DNA of 63,930 nt, the filler included, from Chiloscyllium plagiosum (taxonomy: Eukaryota), in NCBI RefSeq assembly GCF_004010195.1. It is 6 parts of one record of this genome, joined end to end, with 100 filler letters (N's around TTAATTAATTAA, not from the genome) between each part and the next. Parts side by side here need not be neighbours in the genome. Positions count along the whole stretch, not along the records: positions 47,070 to 55,303 come from NC_057717.1; positions 55,404 to 61,299 come from NC_057717.1; positions 61,400 to 63,930 come from NC_057717.1; 3 more parts are not named here. One strand, written 5' to 3'. Below are positions 48,624 through 62,105 of this stretch, piece by piece. The translations under genes and the position numbers were made by a program. The notes beneath the pieces are model-generated. The model was not told the origin of the DNA. It saw nothing but the letters and a program-made list of their open reading frames with translations, and made no database searches. The first letter of the stretch is position 1. Each line of letters opens with the position of its first letter.

Positions 48624-51061
48624 GTAAGCTTTTTTTTTAACCTCCGAAGAGGATTGTATAAACAATAGAGGATGCAAACAGGCCTTATTAGTGCGGCACC
48701 ATACTTAATTGTCTCAAAGTGCAAAGACCCGACACCATGCCTAACAGTGCCAGGAACCCAGGTTCGATTCCACCTTCAGGGCCTGTCTGTGTGGGGTTTG
48801 TACATTCTCCTCATGTCTGCGTGGGGTTCCTGCCTCAGTCCACAAATGTGCAGGTTAGGTCGATAGGCAATGCTAAATTGCCCATAGTGCCTAGGGATGT
48901 GCAGTCGACGTGAATTAGCCATGAGAAATGCAGGGTTACAGGAAAAGTGTAGGGAAGTCAGTCTGGGTGGCATGCTGTTCGAAGGCTCATTGCAGACTCA
49001 ATGTTCTAAATGGCCTGTTCCAACACTGTATGGATTCTTTGATTTGTTCCAATCAGTTCACGTCAGTATTACTGCTCCACCCGTGTCTCCTGTCACCTTT
49101 ACTCATCTATTACTTTAACTCTCTATTCCTCTATGCCTCTTCTCTTGTCTATCTTCCCCTTAAACGTATGAGATTGGACTCAAGCACTTCCTGTGCTTCA
49201 TTTTTGTAATCCTATTCTGCAGAACTTCCGTATCTCCCGAAATAAAAACAAATTACTGCAGATGTTGGAATCTGAAACCAATAAAGAGAAAATGCTGGAA
49301 AATCTCAGCAAGTCTGGCAGTATCTGTAAGGAGAGAAAAGAGCTGACGTTTCGAGTCTAACTGACCGCGTTGACAAAGGGTCAGTTTGATTCGAAACGTC
49401 CACTCTTTCTCTCCTTAAAGATGCTGCCAGACTTGCTCAGTTTTTCAGGCATTTTCTCTTTTTTGGTTCCATATCTCCCTGTTGGACTTCTTGGTGACGA
49501 CTTTGTGACTTCAGGATATGCTGTTCCAATTGAAAAGAAACATTCTGTCTGTATCCAGTCTGTTAAATCCTCTCATCATTTTAAAGACCTCCATCACGTC
49601 TCTTTTTGGCCTCCTTTCAGAGAGACGCAGCCTGTCAACCCTTTGCTGACATGTAAACCCACACATTTCTGTGATCCACCTCGTCAATCTTTTCTGTGTA
49701 CCCGCTTCGGTTTCTTTTTTTCTGTTGATTGTATGGTGATCTGCCAGCACACAGTATCCAAATGTGGCTTAAGCAAGGTTTGATTCAGGTTTAGCATATT
49801 TAATACATAATTAGATGGGGATGATGTGCTAAACTACTGGTGCTTTTTTTCTGATCAAATTAATTTAGATAAATGTGAGGTACTGCATTTTGGTAAGGCA
49901 GGTCAGGCAGGACTCAATGGTAAGGTCCTGGTCAGTTTTGCCGAAGAAAGAGACCTTGGGGTTCAGGTTCGTAGTTCCTTGAAAGCGGAGTTTCAGTCAG
50001 ACAGGCTGGTGAGGAAGCCGTTTGGTATGCTTGACTTTATTGGTCAGTGCATTGAGTGTAGGAGTTGGGATGTCATGTAGTGGCTGTGCAGGATATTGGT
50101 GAGGCCACTTTTGGAAGAATGCATTCAGTGCTAGTGTGTTGTGAAACTTGAAAGGGTCCGGAAAAGTTTTACAAAAATGTTACTAGGGGTGAAGGCTTTG
50201 AGCTATTGAGAGAGGCTGAAGGATGTTTTTCAAAGTCTATAAAATAGTAAAGGGCATGGATAGGGTGAGTAGCCAAGGTCTTTTCCCCAGGATAGGGGCG
50301 TCGAAAACTAGACAGCATAGGTGAGAGAGTAAAGATTTAAAAGGGACCTAAGAGGCAACCTTTTCACGCAAGTATGGAATGAGCTGCCAGGTATGGCAGC
50401 TCATTCCATGCCAAGTATGGAGGCATGTAGAATTACAACATTAAATGAGCATCTGGATGGATATATCAATAGGAAGGTTTTAAAGGGATATGGGTCAAAT
50501 GCTGGCAAATGAGACGAGATTAGTTTAGAATATCTGGTCAGCATGGATAAATTGGACCAAAGGGCCTATCTCCAATTTGTATATCTGAGTCTAACTGGCC
50601 ATCTGTGTTTTGAGAATCACCATTTTCTTTCATTGTTGGTTGATGCTCCAGTCCCTTGCTTGGTTAAACCTCTTTTTCTCTCCCATGTTTTTGCACGTGC
50701 TGTAATAAAGGTTAGTTAGCTCGGTTGGCTGGATTGCTAGTTTGCAATGCTGTGATGCCAACAGCACAGGCTCAATTTCTGCATCGGCTGAGGTTACCGT
50801 GAAAGCTCCACCTTTTCAAACTTGTCCCTCACCTGAGGTGCGGTGACCCTCAGGTTAAACCACCACTTTTTCTGTCATGACAGAGCAGCCCTACTGCCTT
50901 CCAGGGCTATGGTGACTACTTTTACTCAGTGATAAGTGATTAGAAATTTTATATTCTTTATTGTTTGGTGTATTTCCTTTTGGTGACTTTTGTTATGAGA
51001 CCTAAGGGCAGGGAAGGAAAATGTCTGATCATTAAAAGTGGGGATAAAGTAGGCTTACAGG

Positions 51062-52028
51062 GAGGAGAAAGTAAGGACTGCACATGATGGAGATCAGAGT
51101 CAAGAGTTTGTGCTGGAAAACAGAGCAGGTCAGGCAGCATCCGAGGAGCAGGAGAATTGACGTTTCAGGCATTAGCCCTTCATCAGGAATGAGGCTTGTG
51201 GGTCGGGGCTGAGAGATAAATGGGAGGGGGTGAGGTTTGGGGGAAGGTAGCTGGGAAAGCAATAGGTCGATGAAAGTAAGGGAGAAGGTGATCAGTCAGA
51301 GTGGGGAGTGATGGACGTGTCTGGAGGGCGGTGCCGAGTTGCCAGGGCAGGAAGGGAAAACCTGAACCCACACCACTCCCCTCACCTCCATCCAAGGCCC
51401 CAGTGAATCCTTCCACATTCGTCAGAAATTTACCTGCACCTCTATCAATGTCATTTATTGCATCCGTTGCACCCGGTGTGGTCTCCTCTATATCGGATAG
51501 ACGGGACGCCTTCTTGTGAATCGTTTCAGAGAACGTCTCTGAGTCACCCGCACTCACCAACTCCACCGCCCTGTGGCTGAAAACTTCAACATCCCCATCT
51601 AATCCATTAAGGACATGCAGGTTCCTGCGCCTCATCCACCTCCAAACCGTTGCCAACCAACGCCTGGAAGAGGAACGCCTCATATTTTCTGCCTTGAGAC
51701 CCTGCCGCCAAATTGGATAAATGTGGATTTCAACAGCTTCCTCATTTCCCCTTACCCCACATTATCCCAGTCCGAAGCCTCCAACTTGGCACCGCCCTCC
51801 AGACCAGTCCATCACTCCCACTCTGACTGATCACCTTCTCCCCAACTTTCAACCACCTATCGCTTTCCCAGCTACCTTACTCCAACCCCACCTCTCCCAT
51901 TTATCTCTCAGCCCCCCGACCCAGAAGCTTCATTCCTGATGAAGGGCTTATGCCTAAAACATCAATTCTCCTGCTCCTCGGATGCTGCCTGACCTGCTGT
52001 GCTTTTCCAGCATTACACTCTCGACACT
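51062..52028 (+). mobile_element. Penelope-like element (GIY-YIG) with inverted termini
   Basis: FTCTSINVIYCIRCTRCGLLYIG at ~51430-51497; ORF 51615 region continues the endonuclease in another frame. Confidence 0.88.
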
Positions 52029-54444
52029 TGCCTTCACAGCAAAATGCTTCGAGTTAAGTGTCAGTTTCATAGATAATTGTGAAATTGATTTTGTTAATTG
52101 AGAAATTTGGGCTACTCCACCATCAATGATAACAGCCCTTAGGGTGAACAGTTCTTACCGGAAAAATAGCATTGATGATTCACGATGCTAAATGGGACAA
52201 ACTTGAGCCATTTTAGGAACTTGAGACTGGGCATCCATGAGGCACGGTGGGCCATCACCAGCAGCAGAATTGTACTCCTCAATCTGTAGTCTCATGGTTT
52301 GGCATATCACACATTCAACCATTAGCATCAAACCAGGAGGTCAACCCTAAGATAAGGTGCACTATAGCAACTAACCAAAGCTGTTTTGATAGCAGCTTCT
52401 AAACCCATTATCTGTGCTATCTTAAGACAATGTTGGCTACTGCTCTCTTACTAATGCTACCACCACCCAGTTCCCCTCCAAGCTGCATTAAGTTTTGAAT
52501 TGGAATCATATCACTAAACCTGGAACACATCCTGACTGCACTGTGGGTGTACCTTCAAGAGGCCAGCATACCACCACTTAAGTGCAATTGGGAATGAGCA
52601 AAAATGCTGGTTTCATTGGCAACCCTCCTATTCCATGAAACCATCTTCAATAAAAGCAAGTAACACAAATATACCCTGTGGTTACAGCGCAGCTGTGTAC
52701 ACAATCTGCACTGTGCTATGAACTTAACCTGTTTTAAATAGCATTTTTGCTAGAACGCTGCATTTAACTGAACATTTATTCATTAATTAATCATGAGGGG
52801 GAAACAGCTTTGTCATTTTGCAACAATGTATTGGTATTTCATGATAATCCAATTTATTTTAATTTTCACCTTTGTCTTATACAATGTGATGTGAAAGTTT
52901 CGATATAATGGCCTTGATTATATGGTAGACTGTACAACCTTTCTGAATAAAATTCAGTCAAATTACTGGATTTTTGAAACCTCATGCAGAATTTTAAATA
53001 TAAATTATATTTGTTGTGTGAATGTTGAAATATTGGAAAACTAATAGAAACTTGCACCCTTTCCCAGGGTGAATTAAATGTCACTGGAACTTTGTAACAA
53101 TTGTGTTCGTGTAAAACCTTAAAGAGGCTGTTAAAAAAATCTTTTGTGATCCAGAAAAGCAATTGACAGGTTTTAGAAATATTTGACTTTTTTTCCTGTT
53201 AGAAACATAAAAAGCAAGAGTAGTAGTAAGCCACTTGAGCCTGCTTTGTTATTCAATAGGATCATGGCTGATCATCCAATTTCAAACCTTGTTCCCACTT
53301 TCTCCACATACCATTTGATCTCTTTAGCCCTAAGAACTATACCTATCCCTTAAAAATATTCAATATTTTGTCCGGAAATATTTTGTGGCAGACAATTTTG
53401 TTAGTTAACCACTATCTGGATGAAGAAATATTTCCTCATTTCACTTCTAAATAGCCGAATCCTATGTCCTTTCGACTATGATCACTGGTTCTGGACTACC
53501 CCACTATGAAGGCCAACATACCATTTACCTTCATTGCCTGTTGCACTTGCATGCTTAGTCTCAGTGACTGGTGGTCAAAGACACCTTTAGTTGCACCTCC
53601 AACTTTCCAATTCTATTCAGATAGTTTCCCTTTCTGTTTTTGCAACCAAAAATCTGACATTTATCCAAAAAATATTTCATCTGGCATGCATTTTCCCTAT
53701 CACTCAACTTATCCAAATCACACTGAAGCATCTCTGTATCGTCCTCACAGTCCGTCCTCCTCTCAGTTCACCCTTCCACCCAGCTTTGTGTCACCCACAA
53801 ACCTAGAAATAGTAATAGATCCCTCATATAAATCATCTATAAATATTGTGAATAACTGGGTTTGAAACACTGATCTCTGTAGTACCTCACTGGTCACTGG
53901 CTGCCACTCAGAAAATTACCTGTTTGTTCCAGCTCTTTGTTTCCTGTCTGTCAACTGGGTATCTGTCTATGCAAATACATTACCCCCAATCTCATATGTT
54001 ATATGCTAATTTCTTCTGTGGGACCTTATCAAAAACTTTCTGAAGTCAAAGTAACACCCACTGGTTTCATCGTATCAATGCTACTAGTTATATCCTCAAA
54101 CTTTCAGTAGATTTGCTAAGTATGATTCCCCTCTCTTAAACTCATGCGGACTCTGTCCAATCCATCCTCATGACACAAGAGGCCCGGCAATCACTTCCCG
54201 AGCTTCCCACAGGGTTTTAGGGTACACCTGATCGCGCCCTAGGGATTTACAAAGCTTTATGTGTTTCAAGACACCAGCATCACCACCTCTGTAGGATGGA
54301 CATGTTCAAAATGTCACCATCTATTTCTCCACATTCAATGTCTACCATGCCCCTTACATAAAACACTACAGCATACATACACAATTCGACTTTTACGGGC
54401 CTTGAGCAGTGATGCAGAACAAAGCGACCTAGGGGTTCAGATTT

Positions 54445-54760
54445 GGGCAGCACGGTGGCACAGTGGTTAGCACTGCTGCCTCACAGCGCCAGAGACCCGG
54501 GTTCAATTCCCGCCTCAGGCGACTGACTGTGGGGAGTTTGCACGTTCTCCCCGTGTCTGCATGGGTTTCCTCCGGGTGCTCCGGTTTCCTCCCACAATCC
54601 AAAGATGCGCAGGTCAGGTGAATCGGCTATGCTAAATTGCCCGTAGTGTTAGGTAAGGGGTACATGTAGGGGTCTGGTTGGGTTGCGCTTCGGCGGGGTG
54701 GTGTGGACTTGTTGGGCCGAAGGGCCTGTTTCCACACTGTAAGTAATCTAAAAAAAACAA
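54445..54760 (+). mobile_element. Full-length, young HE1 SINE
   Basis: Box A GGTGGCACAGTGG, box B GGTTCAATTCC, V-domain, CR1-like tail and A-run; absent from the paralogous site at ~16395. Confidence 0.95.
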
Positions 54761-55403
54761 TTCTGAGATTTGCTGCAAATGTCGACAGGGTGGTTAAAAA
54801 GGTGTCTAGCATGCTTGCCTTGATTGCTCAGACCATTGAGTACAGGAGTTGATACGTTATGTTGAAGTTGTACAGGAAGTTGGAGAGGCCTCTTCTGGAA
54901 TACTGTGCTCAGTTCTGGTTGTGCTGTCATAGGAAGGAAATCATTAAATTGGAGTGGATTCAGAAGGGATTTACCAGGATGTTGATGGGAATGTATGGTT
55001 TCAGTTATAAGTAGAGGCTGAATGGTAAGGGATATTTTTCACTGGGATGTCGGAGATTGAGGGGTGACCTTGGTAGAGCAATATAAACCCTGAAGAGAAA
55101 AGATAATGTGAATGGCAGGTGCTCTTGACAGGAGGCGGTGTATTTCAAGACGAAAGGTGCTGGTGTGTGGGAGGGGGATGTTGAGAAGTAAGGTGCTGGG
55201 GTGGGAGAGTGGGATATTGAGAGAGAAGGTGCTGGGGTGTGGGAGGGGGTTGTTGATAGGGAAGGTGCTGGGGTGGGGAAGGGGGATTTTGAGAGAGAAG
55301 GTGNNNNNNNNNNNNNNNNNNNNNNNNNNNNNNNNNNNNNNNNNNNNTTAATTAATTAANNNNNNNNNNNNNNNNNNNNNNNNNNNNNNNNNNNNNNNNN
55401 NNN

Positions 55404-58400
55404 GTTTCATTAGAGGGGCGCAAGGGTTTACAACCAGTAATAGATTCTCTAATAAAAGAAGGACTACTGGAATCATGCATGTCTCCCTTTAATACCCCAA
55501 TACTACAGGTCCGGAAGTCAGATGGGACTTACCGACTGGCACAAGATCTCAGATCAGTGAACGGGCTGGTCCAGAGACGGTGCCCAGTGGTGCCCAAACC
55601 ATACACCCTTTTTAGTAGAATACCGTGTAACCACCGCTGGTTTAGTGTAATAGATTTAAAGGATGCATTCTGGGCTTGTCCTTTAGCCCAAGAGAGCCGC
55701 GACATGTTCGCTTTTGAATGGGAAAACCAATACACTGACAGAAAACAACAATTCCAATGGACAGTACTTCCCAGGGATTCACAGAATCACCTAACGTATT
55801 CGGGCAAGTACTGTAAAAAGTCCTGGAACAATATAAAATGCATCGGGAAACGTCACTGTTGCAATATGTGGATGATCTACTAGTGTCAGGACAAAAGAGA
55901 AACGATGTAAATTCAGCCACCAATGGATTGTTGAATTTCATAGAGCAACAGGGTTTAAGGGTATCCAAAAATAAATTGCAATATGTAGAAAAATAAGTAA
56001 AATACTTAGGACACCTTATTAGTGAGGGAATTAGACGCATTAACCCCGAAAGAATTCAAGGGACAGTAGAACTGCCCCTCCAGAACACCAAACGAGAATT
56101 ACGAAAGTTCCTGGGGCTGATGGGTTATTGCAGATTATGGATAGAAGACTATGTCCAGAAAACGAAAGGGTTATATTACAAACTGACAGATTCAGAACAC
56201 GAAAACCTGTACTGGACAGAAAAGGAAAATGAAGGGTTACTTGAATTGAAGCGTAGTTTAACACAAGCTCCAATATTGGCCCTTCCTTCCAGAGAGAAAC
56301 CATTTCACCTTATTGTGACAGTAATCGATGAAGCAGCTTTAGGAGTTTTAACCCAGAAATGGGAAGGGAAGAAACAGCCCATAGCCTTCCTGTCCAAAAT
56401 CCTGGACCCTGTTTCAAGGGGATAGCCTGAATGTCTGCAGGCAGTTGCAGCAACTGCGATATTGGTAGAAGAAAGCCGAAAACTGACTTTTGGAGGAGCG
56501 CTCGTAGTTAGTACCCCCTTCAAGTCTGAACTGTGTTAAACCAAAAGGCAGGGAGATGGTTAACAGATTCGCGATTTTAAATATGAGGCCATCCTGATGG
56601 AAAAAAGTTGATCTGGTGTTAGCAACAGACCCCTGTCGAAACCCAGCTACCTTCTTATGGAAGGGAGAACCCGTAGACAAACAAGAATTAGAACATGTCT
56701 GTTTAGATATCATAGAGTATCAAACCAAAATTAGACAGGACCTGAGAGATCTACCTTGACATGACGGGGATAAATTGTTTATAGATGGATCATCGAGAAT
56801 AGTGGAAGGAAAAAGACGCAATGGATATGCAGTAGTGGATGGTAACAAAAACCAAACAGTGGAGGCAGACCGGCTGCCTTACACATGGTCAGCCCAACCT
56901 GTGAACTGTACGCATTAAATCAAGCTTTAAAACACTTAGCGAATCGGGATGGAACTATCTACCACTGACTCTAAATATGCTTACGGAGTAGTCCATATCT
57001 TTGGAAAGATATGGCAAGAACGAGGACTAATCAATTGTCGGGAAAAGGAGTTAGTACATGAAAAGTTAATAGGACAAGTATTAAAAAGATGGAATTACTC
57101 CGAGAAATAGCTATAGTCCATATTCTTGGACATCAGAAGGGGAGTACTGTAGAAGCAAAGGGAAACAGACTAGCAGACGAAATAGCCAAACAGGCAGCTA
57201 TGAACCGCCCAGTCACAAGGATACAGGTTCTTATACCCCTAATTGACGCTTCTGCCATGAACCCCGTATACATGGAAGAGGAGGAGAAAGAGTTCCAAGA
57301 AATAAGGGCCACTAAGACAACTGAAGGGAAATGGATTCTCCCTGATGGGCGGGAATTGCTGAGTAAATCAGTCATGAGAAATATTTTGGCCACCTTACAC
57401 CAAGGCAGCCATTGAGGCTCACAAGCCATGTGTGACGGAGTATTGAGGAAATATGGATGTAAGGGAATATATACGTTGGCAACACAGATATGTGCAGGAT
57501 GCATAACTTGTCAAAAGATCAATAAGAAAATAATAAAGGAAGGGCTCAAAGGAGGAAGGAACCCAAGACTGAGACCTTTCCAAAGTATACAGGTGGATTA
57601 CACCGAACTACCCCCAGTGAGAAAACAGAAGTACCTGCTGGTTTTAGTAGACCACTTAACCGGGTGGGTGGAGGCTTTCCCAATGTCATCAGCCACCTCA
57701 AAAGGAGTGGTAAAAACCCTCCTTGAACATATAATCCCACGATATGGAATAGTGGAAAGTATAGATTCAGATCAAGGTAGCCATTTTAGTTCCAAGATTC
57801 TACAAGAAGGAATGGCAAGATGAGAAATCTCTTGGGAATTTCACACCCCTTGGCACCCACCCTCCTCTGGACGGGTGGAANNNNNNNNNNNNNNNNNNNN
57901 NNNNNNNNNNNNNNNNNNNNNNNNNNNNNNNNNNNNNNNNNNNNNNNNNNNNNNNNNNNNNNNNNNNNNNNNNNNNNNNNNNNNNNNNNNNNNNNNNNNN
58001 NNNNNNNNTAATGACAAGTTTATGAAAAACTGTGTGTGGCACTTGGCTCTTCATTATCTTATCTTAGCAACAAAGGCCTGCTGGTGCAGACACCGCCACT
58101 CGAGTTTGCAGCACATCAGATACGACTGAGTGACTGGGTCCTGATCAAGACCTGGAAAGATACCAAACTACACCCGAGCTGGGAGGGACCATTCCTAACC
58201 CTCCTGACTAATGAGACAGCCATCCGAACTGCTGAGAAAAGGTGGAGTCATCACACTCGCGTCAAAGATCCTGTGAACGCCCCATTGGCGGAGTGGCACG
58301 CTCATCCTACAGACAACCCTCTGAAAGTTAACCAGAGAAAGAGGGAATGAGCTGAGATAAAATACTCTTTTAATGTTTGATGATATATATTGTATTGATT

Positions 58401-60642
58401 GTAAGGGTTGCGTGGACTCACCTCTCCCCGGCGCCTAAATGATTAAGATAGGGTGATACACAGGGTTCAGAGATGGGGGGTATTGGTATAGTATTATAAC
58501 GTTAGTAGTACTAACTGTTCAAGGAAACGGGAAATATCACTTTCCTACTCTATGCCATAATTATGCCAAGCAAGAGGGACTTGCCGCCTGATGGGTCTGT
58601 GCAGAAATTCCACACCATGGTGAATCAGGAATCCCCACCTTGGTAATACCACTCACTAAAGAAAAATTGTACGATGTACAACAATTTGACTCGGGCTCAA
58701 AAAATACAAAGTGGGAATCTAAAAAGAGCACCTATAAGTTTGCGAGATGGTTCCCAAGACCGGCCCCAAAAACTCAAGGTGTTATCAATAGCTTCAGAGT
58801 TTCGCCACTGAAAGGAGCGGTGAATACAACCTGTTTCTGTAATCAAAATGACGCCGCAACCTTCCAATTAGGAAAATCATCTTGCACCTACACCAACCAA
58901 GCCACTGCCAAGAACACTCCTCAAGTATTGAACGGGACATATTGGGTATGTGGTCTGAAGGCCTATCCATTTATTCCCGGGTAATAATACGCTCGTGTGA
59001 CCGAATGTGTGGAAATAAATGTATGTTATGAAATTGTTGAAGCGTTGCCTCAAAACAAGAAATGCTGGAGTGATTGCTGTTACCTTGCTTATATAGTTCC
59101 TCACCTCTGAATAGAAAACATGAGCTCAACCTGAGAAAGGAGAGGGGAATAAGGTGTAAGACCCGAGAGGTCCCTGAAGGAGACCGTTTGCTGTGGACAC
59201 TACTCCCAAACTACGGCACTACAAGGGCAGGGGTGGAAATACAGAAACTGGCGGCTGCCCTTGAAAATTTAATTAATGATACCACCGGCGCAATGGGAGA
59301 AACTCAATCCCAGATATCAGCCATAACCACCGAAATGATAGCAACGAGACGAACAGCTTTACAGAATCTAATGGCTGTAGACTATCTCTTGGCCGAAAAA
59401 GGGGGAACCTGTGCGCTGATTGGTAAGAAATGCTGCACCTTCATCCCAGACACCTCTTTCATAGTGAAAGAAAAGGCAGAAATAGTAAAGAAAAAGATAA
59501 GCAACATAAGAGAAATTGCGGATGAACTCCGAAAAGATGAAAGATGGCAATGGGGTGACTGGAGACTGACCGGTTGGGGAAAATGTTTAGCTAATTTAGG
59601 TATTCATGCATTACTAATAATTGTAGGTTTACTGATAGGATTTAATGTGTTAAAATGAATAATGATTAAGCTGGTAATATCTTTGGGAGGACAACAATCA
59701 ATGATGGTCATAACTATAGCTCAAGCACAAGAACGAAAGTGTGGTAGATTACTCCTAGAGTTTGAGAAAAGACAGACTTAGAAAGGCAGAAATGACGCGA
59801 TTGTGAACCACTACACCCTAGGGTTAAAAGAGGGCAGAAAATAAAAATTGCAAAAACAACAAATGGTAAAAGAAAAGAAATGGGGTAGTTGTTAGAAATA
59901 ATTTCTTTGCTGTACCACTTTCCTGTATGCTTTTTCTATATCTGCAAAAACAACACTGTTTCCCCATTTCTAACAACTACCCCATTTCTTTTCTTTTACC
60001 ATTTGTTGTTTTTGCAGATATAGAAAAAGCATACAGGAAAGTGGTACAGCAAAGAAATTATTAACTCTGTAGGTATTGAGGGAAAATAATCTATAATGAT
60101 GGTTAATTAAATAGTAACTTTGGTGTGTAATTATTGAAGGATTCAAATAAGTTCAATAAGTTCTGTTTAAAAATTATGTTTTCAGCAAAAAGCTGAGATA
60201 ACCAAAATGCTTGGGCTATACGAAATGATACAAGTTAATGAAATATCCGAGGATGGAATGTATCAGCAGAATTGATACAAAATATTAGAGCAGATCTTGA
60301 TGTCCCTATGGATAATGGACAAGTGAAAAAGGAACATCAAGATACAAGGTTAGCCTTGTGTCAGCATTTACAGAGGGGAAAATTGCCAACTTGGAAAGAA
60401 GGGGGCAATGGGCACGGAGCATAGATGGGCAGAGGCGAAGTTAACGAGAAATATTAGGTAATATAGGAGTCGGGAGAGATGACCTCACGCAACTCAAAAG
60501 TATAACTGTTGTAGTAATTTGAAATTTTCTTCACTTCAATTGCTCTCTGCAATTGGGTCCTTTCTTGCAATATCGTAGAATAAATTGTCTTCTTTCCAGC
60601 TTTGGTGGCCTCGTCTAAAGTTTATTGAAATTTGTTTTTACA
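55404..60642 (+). mobile_element. Provirus C' (duplicate of provirus C): pol 55404-58350, env ~58380-59700, 3' LTR 59890-60642
   Basis: QYVDD at ~55862-55876, integrase core in ORF 57428, env TM in ORF 59074 with CALIGKKCC. Collinear reverse complement of 29258-~34490. Confidence 0.96.
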
Positions 60643-60646
60643 CCTG

Positions 60647-61299
60647 TGTGAGAAATAGAAAAGTATGTTGGTTTTGCAGAAAATTAATAATGCTGGCAAG
60701 CTAAGTATTGTTTCCCTGAAGATCTTTGAGGGAAATAAGGAAGGTTTGGAGGTAAGTTTGAGGCAAATGAGATCAATGGTGAAACAGAAAGAGTAGGGCA
60801 CTGATAAGACCACCGCCCAATTAGTTCCCTCGAGGGAAGTCTCTGTAGGTGACGGTAAAATTGAATATATTAATACACCACGAATTAGTAGTGAAGTAAG
60901 AACTTATAAGAAAGAGATGAAAAGTTCGATAGCGGATCTGGCGGGACTGGCTGAGCAGTTAGATCAATTTCTAGTACCTAACTTATATACAGGGAGAGAA
61001 CTGATGGCAATTTTATGAACGTTATTCTCAGGAAAGGAAAGAGGTATGTTTAGGCGGGGACTCTTCAAGGTCCGGTTTGAAACCAAATCGTGGCCAGACA
61101 TACAAAAGAAACGACAAAAATTAGAAGGATGGGAACAGACTCAAGCATTCTAAGATATGAAATCATCCTTATGGAGAGAGACGACCTGGTGTTAACAACG
61201 GACACCTGTTTGAACCCAGTTACCTTTATATGGAAGGGAGAGCCCGTAGATACGCGACCAGAATAAGAGCCGACATACAGGATATTCCTTTACATGAAG
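60647..61299 (+). mobile_element. Provirus B' remnant (LTR start fused to gag/pol fragments)
   Basis: 60647-60710 matches LTR-B 29253-29190; 60707-61299 matches 27428 down to ~26820. Confidence 0.9.
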
Positions 61300-62105
61300 N
61301 NNNNNNNNNNNNNNNNNNNNNNNNNNNNNNNNNNNNNNNNNNNTTAATTAATTAANNNNNNNNNNNNNNNNNNNNNNNNNNNNNNNNNNNNNNNNNNNNC
61401 ATTTTGCTTCATGAGACATCAACAGATTATTATTCTGTGCCTCTACATTAAGAGTCAATGACTTGAGCACCATGCACTATCTTCCTGTCTGACAGATTAT
61501 ATGGAGAGAACAAGTTAAACATCTCAAGTACAATTATCTTGTCATGGACATGTGGTTAGAAGGGACTGTAAACAGGTGGATCCAGATTCCATAGTGACAC
61601 AAATANNNNNNNNNNNNNNNNNNNNNNNNNNNNNNNNNNNNNNNNNNNNNNNNNNNNNNNNNNNNNNNNNNNNNNNNNNNNNNNNNNNNNNNNNNNNNNN
61701 NNNNNNNNNNNNNNNNNNNNNNNNNNNNNNNNNNNNNNNNNNNNNNNNNNNNNNNNNNNNNNNNNNNNNNNNNNNNNNNNNNNNNNNNNNNNNNNNNNNN
61801 NNNNNNNNNNNNNNNNNNNNNNNNNNNNNNNNNNNNNNNNNNNNNNNNNNNNNNNNNNNNNNNNNNNNNNNNNNNNNNNNNNNNNNNNNNNNNNNNNNNN
61901 NNNNNNNNNNNNNNNNNNNNNNNNNNNNNNNNNNNNNNNNNNNNNNNNNNNNNNNNNNNNNNNNNNNNNNNNNNNNNNNNNNNNNNNNNNNNNNNNNNNN
62001 NNNNNNNNNNNNNNNNNNNNNNNNNNNNNNNNNNNNNNNNNNNNNNNNNNNNNNNNNNNNNNNNNNNNNNNNNNNNNNNNNNNNNNNNNNNNNNNNNNNN
62101 NNNNN

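Larger units (their letters stand above)
48415..55303. repeat. Segmental duplicate block A' (reverse complement of 15820-22072)
   Basis: See block A. Carries an extra HE1 SINE and a longer Penelope relic. Confidence 0.95.

Noticed and set aside
54445..54520. tRNA gene
   Set aside because: The A/B boxes belong to the tRNA-derived head of an HE1 SINE.
59074..59658. Co-opted intact env (syncytin-like)
   Set aside because: Only the TM part is open; SU has stops and frameshifts, the immunosuppressive domain is mutated (LQNLMAVD) and the cytoplasmic end is truncated by a stop.
15820..61299. One giant genomic palindrome
   Set aside because: The right-hand order is A', C', B' instead of the mirror C', B', A', and the pieces are separated by artificial spacers, so orientation is not established.
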